In this document: piece by piece, positions 48,213-57,832 of the stretch
Position numbering within the stretch: the first letter of the stretch is position 1
Layout of the letters: each line of letters begins with the position of its first letter
NCBI GenBank assembly: GCA_017467105.1
Contig: JAFTSU010000002.1
Coordinates: 40,588 to 104,587, forward strand
DNA from: Clostridia bacterium
Lineage (GTDB): Bacteria; Bacillota; Clostridia; Oscillospirales; CAG-272
Direction of reading: 5' to 3'
DNA: 64,000 bases
Translations under genes and position numbers: made by a program
The notes under the pieces: generated by a model
Told to the model about the DNA's origin: nothing
What the model saw: the letters and a program-made list of their open reading frames with translations, nothing else
The model's database searches: none

Positions 48213-48995
48213 ATGAAAACCAAATACCCTATAGTCTTAGTCCACGGCATCATGCTGAAGGACGTTTTGTTTGTCAAGGCATTCGGAAAGATAGAGAAAA
48301 GGCTAAAGGAAAACGGCTTCTCGGTCCACACCGCCGATCACGACGGTATGGGAAGCATCGAGAATAACGCCCGTCAGCTGAAAAGCTTCATAGAAGGCGT
48401 CCTATCGTCAGAGGGGGCGGAAAAGGTCAATATTATCGCGCACTCAAAGGGCGGCCTCGATAGCCTTTATATGATAAACAACCTTGATGCTTCAGATAAA
48501 GTTGCCTCGATAACGTTTCTTTGTACCCCTCACAAAGGATCGGTAATAGCGGATAAGCTGTATTCTCTGCCAAAGATAGTCAGAGGACCGCTGGTCTTTT
48601 GGTTCAACCTATTCTACCGAATGTTCGGAGATGAAAGCCCCGATGCTCTGACCGTTTGCCGTCAGCTATGCACGTCTCCCGACGGAATACTCGCGGCAGA
48701 CGAGGAGAAAAGCGGCGGCATATTTATGCAAAGCTTTTCCTCTAAAATGGAAAGTCACAAGGACGACTTTCTGATGAGTATTCCTCACGTTATCTCCCAC
48801 TACTACTCAAGCGGAGAGACTGACGGTTTAGTGTCGACTGACTCATCAAAATTTGCGCTCTACAGAGGGCATTGCATAGAGGAGTCGGTGTCACATTCAG
48901 AGATCGTTGACTTTATGACCAAAAAGGATAAGAAGGAGAAGATATACGCCTTCTATACGGAGCTTTGCACAGAGCTCGCACAGCTGGGTTATTAA
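48213..48995 (+). CDS. Alpha/beta-hydrolase lipase/esterase
   Basis: PIVLVHGI and nucleophile elbow AHSKGG are present. The start is moved to MKTKYP (RBS GGGGGTG). Confidence 0.7.
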   Translation: MKTKYPIVLVHGIMLKDVLFVKAFGKIEKRLKENGFSVHTADHDGMGSIENNARQLKSFIEGVLSSEGAEKVNIIAHSKGGLDSLYMINNLDASDKVASITFLCTPHKGSVIADKLYSLPKIVRGPLVFWFNLFYRMFGDESPDALTVCRQLCTSPDGILAADEEKSGGIFMQSFSSKMESHKDDFLMSIPHVISHYYSSGETDGLVSTDSSKFALYRGHCIEESVSHSEIVDFMTKKDKKEKIYAFYTELCTELAQLGY

Positions 48996-49140
48996 TATAT
49001 CGGCGCCTTCTCATAGCGAGCAACTCTCAGGTCAATAAACAAATCCCAATTAATAAGCAGATTTCAAATCAATAAGCAGATCCTCGACAGATAATGCCAT
49101 TTTTATCATATTTGTAAATCATACTTGTCATTTTAATTAA

Positions 49141-49190
49141 AAAACAGCTTATCGCAATAAATGTACGCGATAAGCTGTTTTTGTTTTTTG
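49141..49190. terminator. Bidirectional terminator
   Basis: 15-bp stem AAAACAGCTTATCGC / GCGATAAGCTGTTTT. Confidence 0.7.
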
Positions 49191-49209
49191 TAATATTTTA
49201 TTCCGTATA

Positions 49210-50451
49210 TTATCTTTCACTCAGGGTAACGCTTTCCTTTTCATAAAGAGGAGCGTACTTATCTTGATAGTAATTCTCGTGTACTATAATGGGGGACGAA
49301 TCGGACACAGTAATAACCGTACAGCCTCTCTGATCACCCTGCCCTGCTATACCAAAGTATGCCAGATAATCAATGCTTAAGCCGTACGAGAGTGTTACGC
49401 CCTTGTATTTCAGAACGAAGTTATTTAAGTGATCGTGACCGTAGAACATAGCCTCTGTGCTGCCAAGCTCAAGTATTGTCTCGAACATATTTTCATCCTC
49501 CTCGGGACAGTAGACCACCTGATCACTCTCACCGTCCACACCGCCGAGATACTCTGTATTTTCCGTATTTTGTCTATTGTTACCTACGTATTCGTCATAC
49601 GCGGCCTTGACCTCACGGATCGGAATATGCATAAACACCATGCTTTTTACAGCAGAGTAACGGGAAATTACCTCGTCGGATAAATCAAGGGACAGCTCCG
49701 AGAGCAGACTCTCGTTATATTCCTGATAATACTCCACAACGCCACGGTACCATTCTATCTGATCGTCTCTTATGCGGTCATAATCCCAACCGAGACCCAA
49801 GGGATCATCCTCTGAATAAGCATTGGTATCTATCATAACAAAAAGCTCTCTTACAATGCCGGACGAGCCCCTCACGCTTATGGCGTGATTGCACTCTCCA
49901 AACACGCCGTCAGGACCGGAACTGAAGAGACAGTGCTCAAGCTCCTCGCGTGAGTAAAGCTCCGCTACCTCTCTCCTCGTATGATAGTTGTAATTTTCCG
50001 AATCGTGATTACCGAACGTAACCGTCCAATACACTCCAAGCCGCTCCATAAGCCTTGCGAAGAATCTATGAGCATAGCCGTTATTCAAGGTAGCTGTCGT
50101 CGGTATGGCAAACGATATATCTCCGGTCACAACCACAAGGTCGGGCTTCTCCTCCGTAACCATAGCAGCCACGGCGTTGATGGCCATTCTGTCATTCCAC
50201 GCCGAAAGCACTCCGCCGCCAATATGTACGTCCGTCAGATGCATAACCTTGAAATCCCCATCGGTTACAAAATACGCCTCTCCGTTCTCACCGTACTGAA
50301 CTGTCAGAGCGTTTTCCTTCTCCACGGAGGAAAAGCTGTCGATATAGCCGTTCATCACAACACCGTTTACAACGTTAGCTACAGTAAACAATCCGCATAA
50401 CGCTATAATACCAATAAAAATAAAAAATAAAACCTTAAGAAATTTTTTCAT
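49210..50451 (-). CDS. Calcineurin-like metallophosphoesterase, membrane-anchored
   Basis: DVHIGG, GDISF, GNHD and GHDH motifs are present. The start is moved to MKKFLKV (RBS GGGAGA). Confidence 0.8.
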   Translation of the reverse strand: MKKFLKVLFFIFIGIIALCGLFTVANVVNGVVMNGYIDSFSSVEKENALTVQYGENGEAYFVTDGDFKVMHLTDVHIGGGVLSAWNDRMAINAVAAMVTEEKPDLVVVTGDISFAIPTTATLNNGYAHRFFARLMERLGVYWTVTFGNHDSENYNYHTRREVAELYSREELEHCLFSSGPDGVFGECNHAISVRGSSGIVRELFVMIDTNAYSEDDPLGLGWDYDRIRDDQIEWYRGVVEYYQEYNESLLSELSLDLSDEVISRYSAVKSMVFMHIPIREVKAAYDEYVGNNRQNTENTEYLGGVDGESDQVVYCPEEDENMFETILELGSTEAMFYGHDHLNNFVLKYKGVTLSYGLSIDYLAYFGIAGQGDQRGCTVITVSDSSPIIVHENYYQDKYAPLYEKESVTLSER

Positions 50452-50567
50452 ATTATCTCCCTTCAAAATCAGTACCGGTAAATATGAGCGGAAATAAACA
50501 AAGCACCATTTGCGCGTCAAATCGCCGCTTTCCCGTTAAACATAACGAAGCTGTCAGATCGGTCTGA

Positions 50568-50984
50568 TCAGAGCTGCCGTCTTCTTCTCTCAAGCTCCGC
50601 CAAAAGCTCACCGTTTTCCTTTACGCTGACGCTCGTTACGTCAAAGGTATTGTATTTAATGTTCAAGTGCTCGAAGGAATTTTTCAGGCTCATCATAGAC
50701 TCTGAGTAAAAGGAGCGCTTTCTTTCAACCCCTCTTATTTTGTTGTACGGGATCTTCTTTTTTAAGAGAAGGCCGTATTTAATAAAAAGGCATTCCTCTC
50801 TTAATTCAACGTATCCAAAAAGCGGTGACAAAAGAAAATACAGCACCAAAAGATCCGAGAGTACCGTTATAAAAAGAGCAAGAGGCGATGGAAAGGATAT
50901 CAACGTGAGTACCGCCATCAGAGCAAGTGTTGGTACACATATTATATAAAACAATTTATCTACCATCGGCTTATATCTTTTCAT
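50568..50984 (-). CDS. Membrane protein with bacterial PH (YdbS-like) domain
   Basis: Two TM helices are followed by a basic beta-rich domain. The start is at MKRYKP with AAAGGGGA 5 nt upstream. Confidence 0.45.
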   Translation of the reverse strand: MKRYKPMVDKLFYIICVPTLALMAVLTLISFPSPLALFITVLSDLLVLYFLLSPLFGYVELREECLFIKYGLLLKKKIPYNKIRGVERKRSFYSESMMSLKNSFEHLNIKYNTFDVTSVSVKENGELLAELERRRRQL

Positions 50985-51105
50985 TTTTATCCCCTTTTTC
51001 AAATAATAATTGTACGTTTTTGTTTACATTTTCGAACTTTTATGCATTTTCTGTACATCAGTATAATTTACACGCGACAATCTTTTCCCAAATATAAATA
51101 AACAA

Positions 51106-51885
51106 TCACAAGATGAGCCTCGACTCCTTCAGGGGATCTCTCCCCTCGTACCTTCTATATATTCGCTCCAGCGTATCCTTTATAGAAGCAGCATCGCAAA
51201 GCAAAGCGTCGGAGTCACCGATCTTGCCGCTTCTCTGCGCACCTGCCTCACAGAAGCAGTCGTAATACTTGTTAAAATAGTGAGAGAAATCACCCTCGCT
51301 CTCGTCAAACATATAGATGTCGCGCTTATCCTCTCTGCCATCAGCATATCTGACGGCGAGCTTGCGCGGATAGCTCTCAAGTCTTGGTATACCCAGCATC
51401 TCGTCAACCGCGTGTAGATAGGTGTTGGCGCTGTGATCAACTCCGACAAGCAGCACCGATCCACCCTCTGAATACAGCTTACCGTAGCAGCCCTTCGGCG
51501 AGGTCGGCGTTTCCACACGTGCCTCGTTTTCTATAAAGCGGAGAGCTCTCTCCCTCTCGCCGAATACTACCAGCGAATGAGTTGGGTTTTCACTTCTGAT
51601 GCCGTCCTCTCTATCCAGCGCAAGCCTTGGTAAAAGTCCAAGATTCGTATATTTTTTTCCAAGATCCAGCGTAACGTCAGTCCTGTCTACCAGGTCCCAG
51701 GTATGAGTTGGAATACAAAAGAGTCCGCCATGGACGGTAAAATATTCTACCATTATGTCCAAAAACGCCTCGGGACCGCCATAAATATTTCCAACCTTGC
51801 TGTAAGCCGAGTGCATTATTACCACTCTGTCGCGCGGTGGTCCTATAGCGTTAAGCTGCTTTATTATATCTTCACGAGTGTACAT
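51106..51885 (-). CDS. AAC(3)-family aminoglycoside N-acetyltransferase-like protein
   Basis: The VVIMHSAYSKVG...GGPEAFLD...PTHT pattern is present. The start is at MYTRED (RBS AAAGGA). Confidence 0.7.
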   Translation of the reverse strand: MYTREDIIKQLNAIGPPRDRVVIMHSAYSKVGNIYGGPEAFLDIMVEYFTVHGGLFCIPTHTWDLVDRTDVTLDLGKKYTNLGLLPRLALDREDGIRSENPTHSLVVFGERERALRFIENEARVETPTSPKGCYGKLYSEGGSVLLVGVDHSANTYLHAVDEMLGIPRLESYPRKLAVRYADGREDKRDIYMFDESEGDFSHYFNKYYDCFCEAGAQRSGKIGDSDALLCDAASIKDTLERIYRRYEGRDPLKESRLIL

Positions 51886-51915
51886 ACTTTTCCTTTTCAA
51901 TACGCTGTGCTTTTT

Positions 51916-53232
51916 TCATGGCACCATTTTAAATATTATGGGAAACAGACTTTCTCTGCCGTAGGCATTCACGCCGTAAACCTTGACCGTGTATTTTTTG
52001 CCTTGTGTAAGCCCCGTTACACGAATATTCACCGTCTCGGGAGTCGGCACGAAAATATGCCCTGAAAGTGCGTAGAACGTGCCTACGTATTTTCCGCCGC
52101 AAAAGATCTTGGCGCGGTAGCTCTCTATGTAATCATCGGAGACTGCCTGTGGAACGGTAATTGTTACGCTTCCATCCTCCATAGAAGTATATTCGCATTT
52201 AGCGCCCTTTTTAAATTCGGGTCTGTCCGTGGTCATTTCCTTTACGCTGTTTGTCACAAACATCTTTTTGCTTGTAGGAGCGTCTATTCTCCTCTCAAAA
52301 AGACGCGCTCCGGACGTTATATCATATCCGGTAAGCAGCATATTTCCGATCCTGTCACACTCCATTATCTGAAACACTCCGTAATCCGATGCTCCGGAGC
52401 GGTGATCCATCTGATATCCTCCGTCCCGTCCCACAGGAAAAACGTAATCATCCGAAACTCCGTTCAAGCCCATCTCGACGTAGCTGACGGTTCCGGTGCC
52501 TATCGCGGTGAAATCTCCCTGCCACAACGAGCGCTCGTCCTGTATAGGAAAATGGGAGTGTCCCGAAAAGTCGACAGCCTGAGGATACTTTTGAAGCACC
52601 CCGTAAAGCCCTGCGGCGCCCCATCCGCCCGAGCCGTATATCGTACCGAAAGCGTTATGGTGCTGCATTACGAATATGGGAAGTGACGGTGCGTCGTTTG
52701 ACGCCTCCCAAAGCTGCTGCTCCAGCCAAGCAAGCTTGTCGCTATTGAAGGTATCCTTATACGGTGACGCCTTGATAAAATGAAAACCGGATATCACGAA
52801 ATGATCGTCAACGCTGTCACCGAACACGCTCTCGTGCCTAGACTCCGTCGTATCCGTATCGGTATAAAATTCGTGATTTCCAAGAGAAACCGCAAGCTTT
52901 GTTTCGGGTTTAATATTGCTGTCAACTATGCTTTTGAATTTCTGCATAGAGCTCAGCGTTCCCGCCTGTGTATAATCACCGACAAAAATCACCGCGTCCA
53001 GCTTATCATATCCAAGCTCGCTCTCACTTGAATGTCTGTAAGCAACCTCAAACAGCCTTGCGAGCCTCGCTTCCTCAACCTCCGAGCCGTTGTCGTCTAT
53101 ATGAACGTCGCTGGCAACCGCAAATCGCAGCACCGGCACGAATTCCTCGCTCTCTGAGCATCCCACAAGCGACAGAGGCATCGCAACAATCACGAGAATA
53201 AAAGCCAGAAATATCGAAACAATTCTTCGCAT
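51916..53232 (-). CDS. Metallophosphoesterase lipoprotein with a C-terminal beta-sandwich domain
   Basis: Lipobox LVGC is present, together with SDVHID, GDYTQ, GNHEF and GHSH motifs. Confidence 0.75.
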   Translation of the reverse strand: MRRIVSIFLAFILVIVAMPLSLVGCSESEEFVPVLRFAVASDVHIDDNGSEVEEARLARLFEVAYRHSSESELGYDKLDAVIFVGDYTQAGTLSSMQKFKSIVDSNIKPETKLAVSLGNHEFYTDTDTTESRHESVFGDSVDDHFVISGFHFIKASPYKDTFNSDKLAWLEQQLWEASNDAPSLPIFVMQHHNAFGTIYGSGGWGAAGLYGVLQKYPQAVDFSGHSHFPIQDERSLWQGDFTAIGTGTVSYVEMGLNGVSDDYVFPVGRDGGYQMDHRSGASDYGVFQIMECDRIGNMLLTGYDITSGARLFERRIDAPTSKKMFVTNSVKEMTTDRPEFKKGAKCEYTSMEDGSVTITVPQAVSDDYIESYRAKIFCGGKYVGTFYALSGHIFVPTPETVNIRVTGLTQGKKYTVKVYGVNAYGRESLFPIIFKMVP

Positions 53233-53441
53233 TTTTATTACCCAACCGTTAAATAAATTATACTTTACAGATCAATTATATCATATATCTGTCAATATTT
53301 CCAGCATTATATAAACTTTGTCACATTGTTTAATTGCATTAACGCCGATCGGATCGTCGCGCAAACAAAAAAGCAAGGCAGTTAGCCTTGCCGAAGCTTA
53401 TTTTCTGATCCTCTCGCGCCACAGATCGCAGAGAAGCGGTT

Positions 53442-53640
53442 GAAATACGAACCCATTTTCTCGGCTTCGCCTGCGAAAACTAGGTCGAGTCAATCGAGAC
53501 GGTTCGCCAAAGCAAAAGAGAGATAGCCGCGAGGGGTCATCTCTCTTTTGTTAGTGGGTCATGCTTAATCAAAATCGAACCGTTATAACTAATCACGCCC
53601 GTGGCGTGTATATAATCAAAACATAAGTTTCACAAAAAAA
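53442..53640. repeat. Left island-border module: copy of the tRNA-Met downstream flank, a hairpin, a tRNA-3'-like remnant and a truncated iteron element
   Basis: 53442-53485 matches 60329-60372 (44 nt, 3 mismatches). A hairpin lies at 53514-53549. TAGTGGGTCATGCTTAATCAAAATCGAACC at 53552-53581 belongs to the CCACCA...TCGAACC remnant family. 53582-53632 matches the first 50 nt or so of the element at 56081. Confidence 0.75.
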
Positions 53641-53714
53641 CTCCGGGACAGATAAACTGTTGAGTCCGCCGCAAAAAGCCATACAACCAAGTCTCTCAAA
53701 AAATCATTCAATCC

Positions 53715-55592
53715 TTAGCTTTTATTGTTTTTTAAAAGCAAATAACAATATTTTTCTTTCATGATTAACTTATTGGATACAGCTTCACCATATAAAACCT
53801 TTTCAATCGTATACTGATTATCGATAGAGAATTCCAACTCTGTATTATCCTCATTAAAATTATAAAGCATTACCCCTATCTTTTCATTATTCAATTTATG
53901 TGCCGTTTTAAAAACAAATTGATTCCGAATTGCAAAAATTTCCTTTTTCCCTTCAAAGAAACTTCCGTAAATTTTATATAAATTCGTCTTTTCGGGGTAA
54001 TACGATTGGGTATAAAACGTTTCCAACGGTGCATTGACAAACAAAACGAGCCCTTTCCCATATTGCTTTTTGGCAATCACAACGTTGCCTTCTTGATCTT
54101 TGGCAACTATTTGCGCCGCGATGTTTTCAACGAGCAATTTTTGCGATCTTTCAATTTTCAAAACGCTCTCTTGCAAATCAAACTCAATCGCATTTTCTAC
54201 TTTCTCATGCCCTAAAATGCGCAATCCCGTCCATTTTTCAAAATCTCTGATTGTTCCACCATTATAAGTAATCAAAAGATTCGCTCCGTCTTGAATCCTC
54301 TTTTCCAAGACTTCCCACTGACATTTAGGCAGCCCGTTCGCTCCCGAAACACACGGAAGTATATAATAATTGGCATTTTTTAACGGTTGTTCTTCATGGC
54401 AAAAATCAATATATTTTCCAGACTGTACGCCTAACATAAAAGCACCATACGCAATTTTCCAATGGTCATTTATTCCACTTAAAATACAAACTGCATCAGT
54501 TTCAGGTGCTGTTAATGAGCCTATTTCTTGAATCACTTTTTGTAATACACGCATTTTTAACAAGGCCGGTTTTGGTTCACAATCCGCATAACATAAGCCT
54601 AAGTGGGTTTCCATCCCCACCACATCATAAGGTGCAAAATTTAATGACTCTTGATCAAATGCACACCACCATAGAAAACCTTTTGTTCCTGTCATATACG
54701 ACGTAATTAATGCCGTTTCTAAATATTCGGGAACTTTTTCATCACATAAAGCATCTAAAACCCCTATCTCTTGTACCATAGACGGTTTCTGCGCAATAGA
54801 AGAATAATAGGAATTTTCTACCGCAGCGTGCATAGACGCTCGCATAGCCGTCAACCGTTCTCGATTACAATAGGGAGTAAAATTGGGATAAGGGTGTGGC
54901 GTAACCATATCGAAAATCTTACCTTGCGAAGACAAACTCCAAAGCCCCTTACATCGCGTTCCGTGCATTCCCGCATAAATGGGACGAGTCGGATCTGCCA
55001 ATCGAATTATTGACGTTATTGTTCTAAGCCATAATTCCGCTTGATATTGATCCACTTCACAGCTTAAGCAATTCGTTTCATTTCCGGGCTCGTAAGCAAT
55101 TATATTTTCAAACTCTTTAATTTCGGAAATTAAATCCGTAATAAACGCACATTCATACAAAACAACTTCAGCATCTTTTATTAAATCTCTATTGATAAAA
55201 GGATCCGGAACCAGCTTACGCCCACTCATCCAACCTGTAATGAAAGAAACAATAACCTGCAATCCGTTATTTTTCGCCACAGTGAGCAAATGCTTCATAT
55301 TTTTTACTTGTTTCTCGTCTAATCCACTATCGGGAAATTTTTGATAAACAAGCGGTTGATCGCCCGTTCTCATTCTAAAAGAACCGCTCTCTGCAGCTTG
55401 GGTATTAAAAAAGCGCATTTCCGTCAACGGTTGAAAATCTGGCCAAAGCGGAAAAATACGAATTGTATTGACACCATAAGACCGCAACATTTGTAAGTCC
55501 TTTTCTACGGTGCCTTCATCGTATCTTCTCCACATATATAACCCTGCATGCGAGGCCCAATAATTAGCCCCAAAGAAAAATTCTTCTTTCAT
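53715..55592 (-). CDS. TIM-barrel glycoside hydrolase (clan GH-A, GH5/GH42-like) with a C-terminal domain
   Basis: 625 aa with GVNTIRIFPLW and an NET catalytic-acid context. Composition is visibly AT-richer. The start is at MKEEFFF (RBS AGAGGAAGG). Confidence 0.6.
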   Translation of the reverse strand: MKEEFFFGANYWASHAGLYMWRRYDEGTVEKDLQMLRSYGVNTIRIFPLWPDFQPLTEMRFFNTQAAESGSFRMRTGDQPLVYQKFPDSGLDEKQVKNMKHLLTVAKNNGLQVIVSFITGWMSGRKLVPDPFINRDLIKDAEVVLYECAFITDLISEIKEFENIIAYEPGNETNCLSCEVDQYQAELWLRTITSIIRLADPTRPIYAGMHGTRCKGLWSLSSQGKIFDMVTPHPYPNFTPYCNRERLTAMRASMHAAVENSYYSSIAQKPSMVQEIGVLDALCDEKVPEYLETALITSYMTGTKGFLWWCAFDQESLNFAPYDVVGMETHLGLCYADCEPKPALLKMRVLQKVIQEIGSLTAPETDAVCILSGINDHWKIAYGAFMLGVQSGKYIDFCHEEQPLKNANYYILPCVSGANGLPKCQWEVLEKRIQDGANLLITYNGGTIRDFEKWTGLRILGHEKVENAIEFDLQESVLKIERSQKLLVENIAAQIVAKDQEGNVVIAKKQYGKGLVLFVNAPLETFYTQSYYPEKTNLYKIYGSFFEGKKEIFAIRNQFVFKTAHKLNNEKIGVMLYNFNEDNTELEFSIDNQYTIEKVLYGEAVSNKLIMKEKYCYLLLKNNKS

Positions 55593-55615
55593 GTACACCT
55601 TCCTCTTTTCAATTT

Positions 55616-55846
55616 CAATCTAAAAATTTACTTAACAATTTTTTTGAAATCTGCATGTATGCACAGAATTTATCACTTTCTGGCCCGATTAATCTATATA
55701 AATCGCCTTCAAGAACAAATTGTTCATTTTCACGGTATAAACACGAAAATTTATGTATTTCCACTTTTTCCGTCTCGGAATTTTGAGATACGTCTAGTTC
55801 GTATCCGTAAGTATCAAAGGACGCAACTAAATAACGGAATTATAAA
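55616..55846 (-). pseudogene. Start-less relic of a glycosidase C-terminus (GDLYRL motif, GH36 alpha-galactosidase-like)
   Basis: A 76-codon open frame without a start reads ...FDTYGYELDVSQNSETEKVEIHKFSCLYRENEQFVLEGDLYRLIGPESDKFCAYMQISKK. It ends 21 nt before the GH gene start. Confidence 0.3.
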
Positions 55847-56027
55847 GTAGATTCTCTTCCGCTTGTACACACTAGGTGATATACCATTGTATGTGATTTT
55901 GGCAAAAAAGTCAATAGCTAAATAAAATTATTAAAAAAATTAAAACACTCTTTAATTTAGTCTTCCTCATTCGATATTTCTTCTGACGCTGTTAGCAAAT
56001 TTACAATATTTTTTAGCACTTAACCCA

Positions 56028-56370
56028 GAAAGGGCTGACCTCTTTTTGTTGGTGGAGAATCTTCAACGAAAGTCGAACCGCTATAACTAATCACGCCCGT
56101 GGCGTGTATATCATCAAAACATAGTTTTGTATATCATCAACACAACGTGTTGTATAGACGCTCGCAAACTCGTTATACCGTCGCTACGCTCCTTACATCA
56201 AGTCGCAGATGAATGCACGCTAAAGCGTGATGATATACACCTTTGGTGATGAGATACAGACCAAAGTCTGATGATATACCAAGTCTGCGACTTGGATAAG
56301 AAAAAACCTCACCCTGTTAGGATGAGGTTTTTTCTGGTGGAGCATCTTCAACGAAAATCGAACCATATTG
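56028..56370. repeat. Iteron/mini-hairpin element, copy B, with flanking tRNA-3'-like direct repeats
   Basis: 56028-56056 is identical to 60416-60444 (29 nt). The flanks TGGTGGAGAATCTTCAACGAAAGTCGAACC (56050-56079) and TGGTGGAGCATCTTCAACGAAAATCGAACC (56336-56365) are direct repeats. The core has GTATATCATCA at 56106 and 56129, and its complement TGATGATATAC at 56228 and 56269. A bidirectional terminator hairpin lies at 56300-56334. Confidence 0.85.
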
Positions 56371-56385
56371 TTCAAAAGGGGTTGA

Positions 56386-56802
56386 TTACAATTTTTCTCC
56401 GCACCGGGAGCAAAACGTAGAATCAGCATCTATTCTCGCGCCGCAATGCTTACAAAACATCGTTTTCTGTACACCGTTTGCAATCGCATTTGCTGTTTTT
56501 GAGACAGCGTCACTCATAATTTCCGCGCTGTTGTTCGCGATAGCCGTCAGATCATCTTTGTTTTCTTCCTGAATATACCTTAAGGTTTTGGCTCTTGCTT
56601 TTGCGATTTCAGGACCAAAGCCGATCGCTATTCCCAATGCGGTCATCATCACTCCTATAACCGCCACAAAGCTTCCGATCATAAAATTGTTGCTTTCAAA
56701 ATCTCCAAGTCCCGCAACGGTTAATACTATTCCCGTGACCGTCGAGGCGGCGCCAATAACCCCGATGATCTTAAATATCCAAAAATGTCTCGGACGATTC
56801 AT
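56386..56802 (-). CDS. Membrane protein with C-terminal zinc ribbon
   Basis: 138 aa with two TM helices, then CKHCG...CSRCG. Confidence 0.6.
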   Translation of the reverse strand: MNRPRHFWIFKIIGVIGAASTVTGIVLTVAGLGDFESNNFMIGSFVAVIGVMMTALGIAIGFGPEIAKARAKTLRYIQEENKDDLTAIANNSAEIMSDAVSKTANAIANGVQKTMFCKHCGARIDADSTFCSRCGEKL

Positions 56803-56943
56803 TCAAATTCCTCCCAATTTTTATAGCAGCAGTTTGTATTGCTTTCCTTGATTTTATTTTACACTGTTTTATATATTTTGTCAATATGGAGTTAGAAGAT
56901 AAAAAATAAGGCACAGTGGCGGGCTCTTGGTGTTACGCACGGC

Positions 56944-57217
56944 ATCACGCCCGGGGCGTGTATATCATCAAAACATAGTTTTGTATATCACCAACACAAC
57001 GTGTTGTATAGACGCTCGCGAGCTCGCTATACCGTCGCTACGCTCCTTACATCAAGTCGCAGATGAATGCATGCTAAAGCGTGATGATATACACCTTCGG
57101 TGATGAGATACAGACCAAAGTCTGATGATATACCAAGTCTGCGACTTGGATAAACAAAAACCTCACCCTATTCGGATGAGGTTTTTGTTGGTGGAGCAAG
57201 CTTCAGGAAAGTCGAAC
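56944..57217. repeat. Iteron/mini-hairpin element, copy C
   Basis: It is colinear with 56090-56365, with about 8 substitutions in the first 205 nt. A terminator hairpin lies at 57156-57186. The remnant TGGTGGAGCAAGCTTCAGGAAAGTCGAAC lies at 57189-57217. It has no left-hand remnant. Confidence 0.85.
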
Positions 57218-57238
57218 TTAGTGCTTAGTTGGAAATCT

Positions 57239-57832
57239 TTATTTTTTTAACAATTTAAAAGTGTTTTCTTCCACATCCCATTCGTAAGGAGTATAATTGC
57301 ACTTTTTCCCATTCTTACCAACTTTGCTATCACCGAGCAACACCAAAAAACAACCATCACTGATATTTGCGACCTTATTACTTTCGACTATTGCTTTGCT
57401 GACATATTCCAAATACGGTTCTTTTGGTAGTGCTTTGGGAACATATCCTACAACAACTCGTAATGGACAACGAATGTGTAAAAGTTTTATGATCTCATCC
57501 ATCCAAAGTTTATCGTTGTTTTCGTGTTCAATTGCGATCTCGAGATCCCAACAATATGTTTGAAAACTGTAGCTTTTGTTTTCCGGCACCAGCAGCTTAT
57601 CTTTGATTTCTTTTCTTCTTTGTGTCCAACCCGTTAAGTCAATACGATAATACTCTTTAGAGGTTTCAAGCCCAATACCACCTTTATCTTTTGATCCAAT
57701 GATACCCTCCATCATTCCAATAATAAATTCGGTATAATCTTTGCTATAATTCCACTTCTCCTGTGCTTCGGCGTAAATATCTTTTTTATTCAACTTATCA
57801 CTGAAAGCTTTCCAAAACTCTTTTGCTGTCAT
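57239..57832 (-). CDS. Hypothetical protein (197 aa), family not recognised
   Basis: Its ATG overlaps the upstream stop by 4 nt (ATGA). It contains an acidic YYRIDL...WDLEIAIEHEN pattern. Confidence 0.55.
   Translation of the reverse strand: MTAKEFWKAFSDKLNKKDIYAEAQEKWNYSKDYTEFIIGMMEGIIGSKDKGGIGLETSKEYYRIDLTGWTQRRKEIKDKLLVPENKSYSFQTYCWDLEIAIEHENNDKLWMDEIIKLLHIRCPLRVVVGYVPKALPKEPYLEYVSKAIVESNKVANISDGCFLVLLGDSKVGKNGKKCNYTPYEWDVEENTFKLLKK

Noticed and set aside
56011-56020. TTAGCACT, which is half of a CIRCE (HrcA) operator.
   Set aside because: No inverted partner lies at N9 spacing and no chaperone gene is nearby.
56106-56279. The GTATATCATCA arrays as a CRISPR-like, TIGR-like or box C/D-like (UGAUGA / CUGA) guide array.
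   Set aside because: The repeats are only 11 nt and the 'spacers' are 8-15-nt self-complementary hairpins. The two half-arrays are mutually inverted. No cas, Nop-domain or other effector gene is nearby. The same spacers are present in both copies.
56050-57217. The CTCCACCA-ending remnants as genuine tRNA-Ala or tmRNA genes.
   Set aside because: No acceptor 5' strand, D arm or anticodon arm can be drawn. The distance from TTCGA to CCA is 5 nt too long for a T arm plus acceptor. They are degenerate 3'-end-like fragments only.
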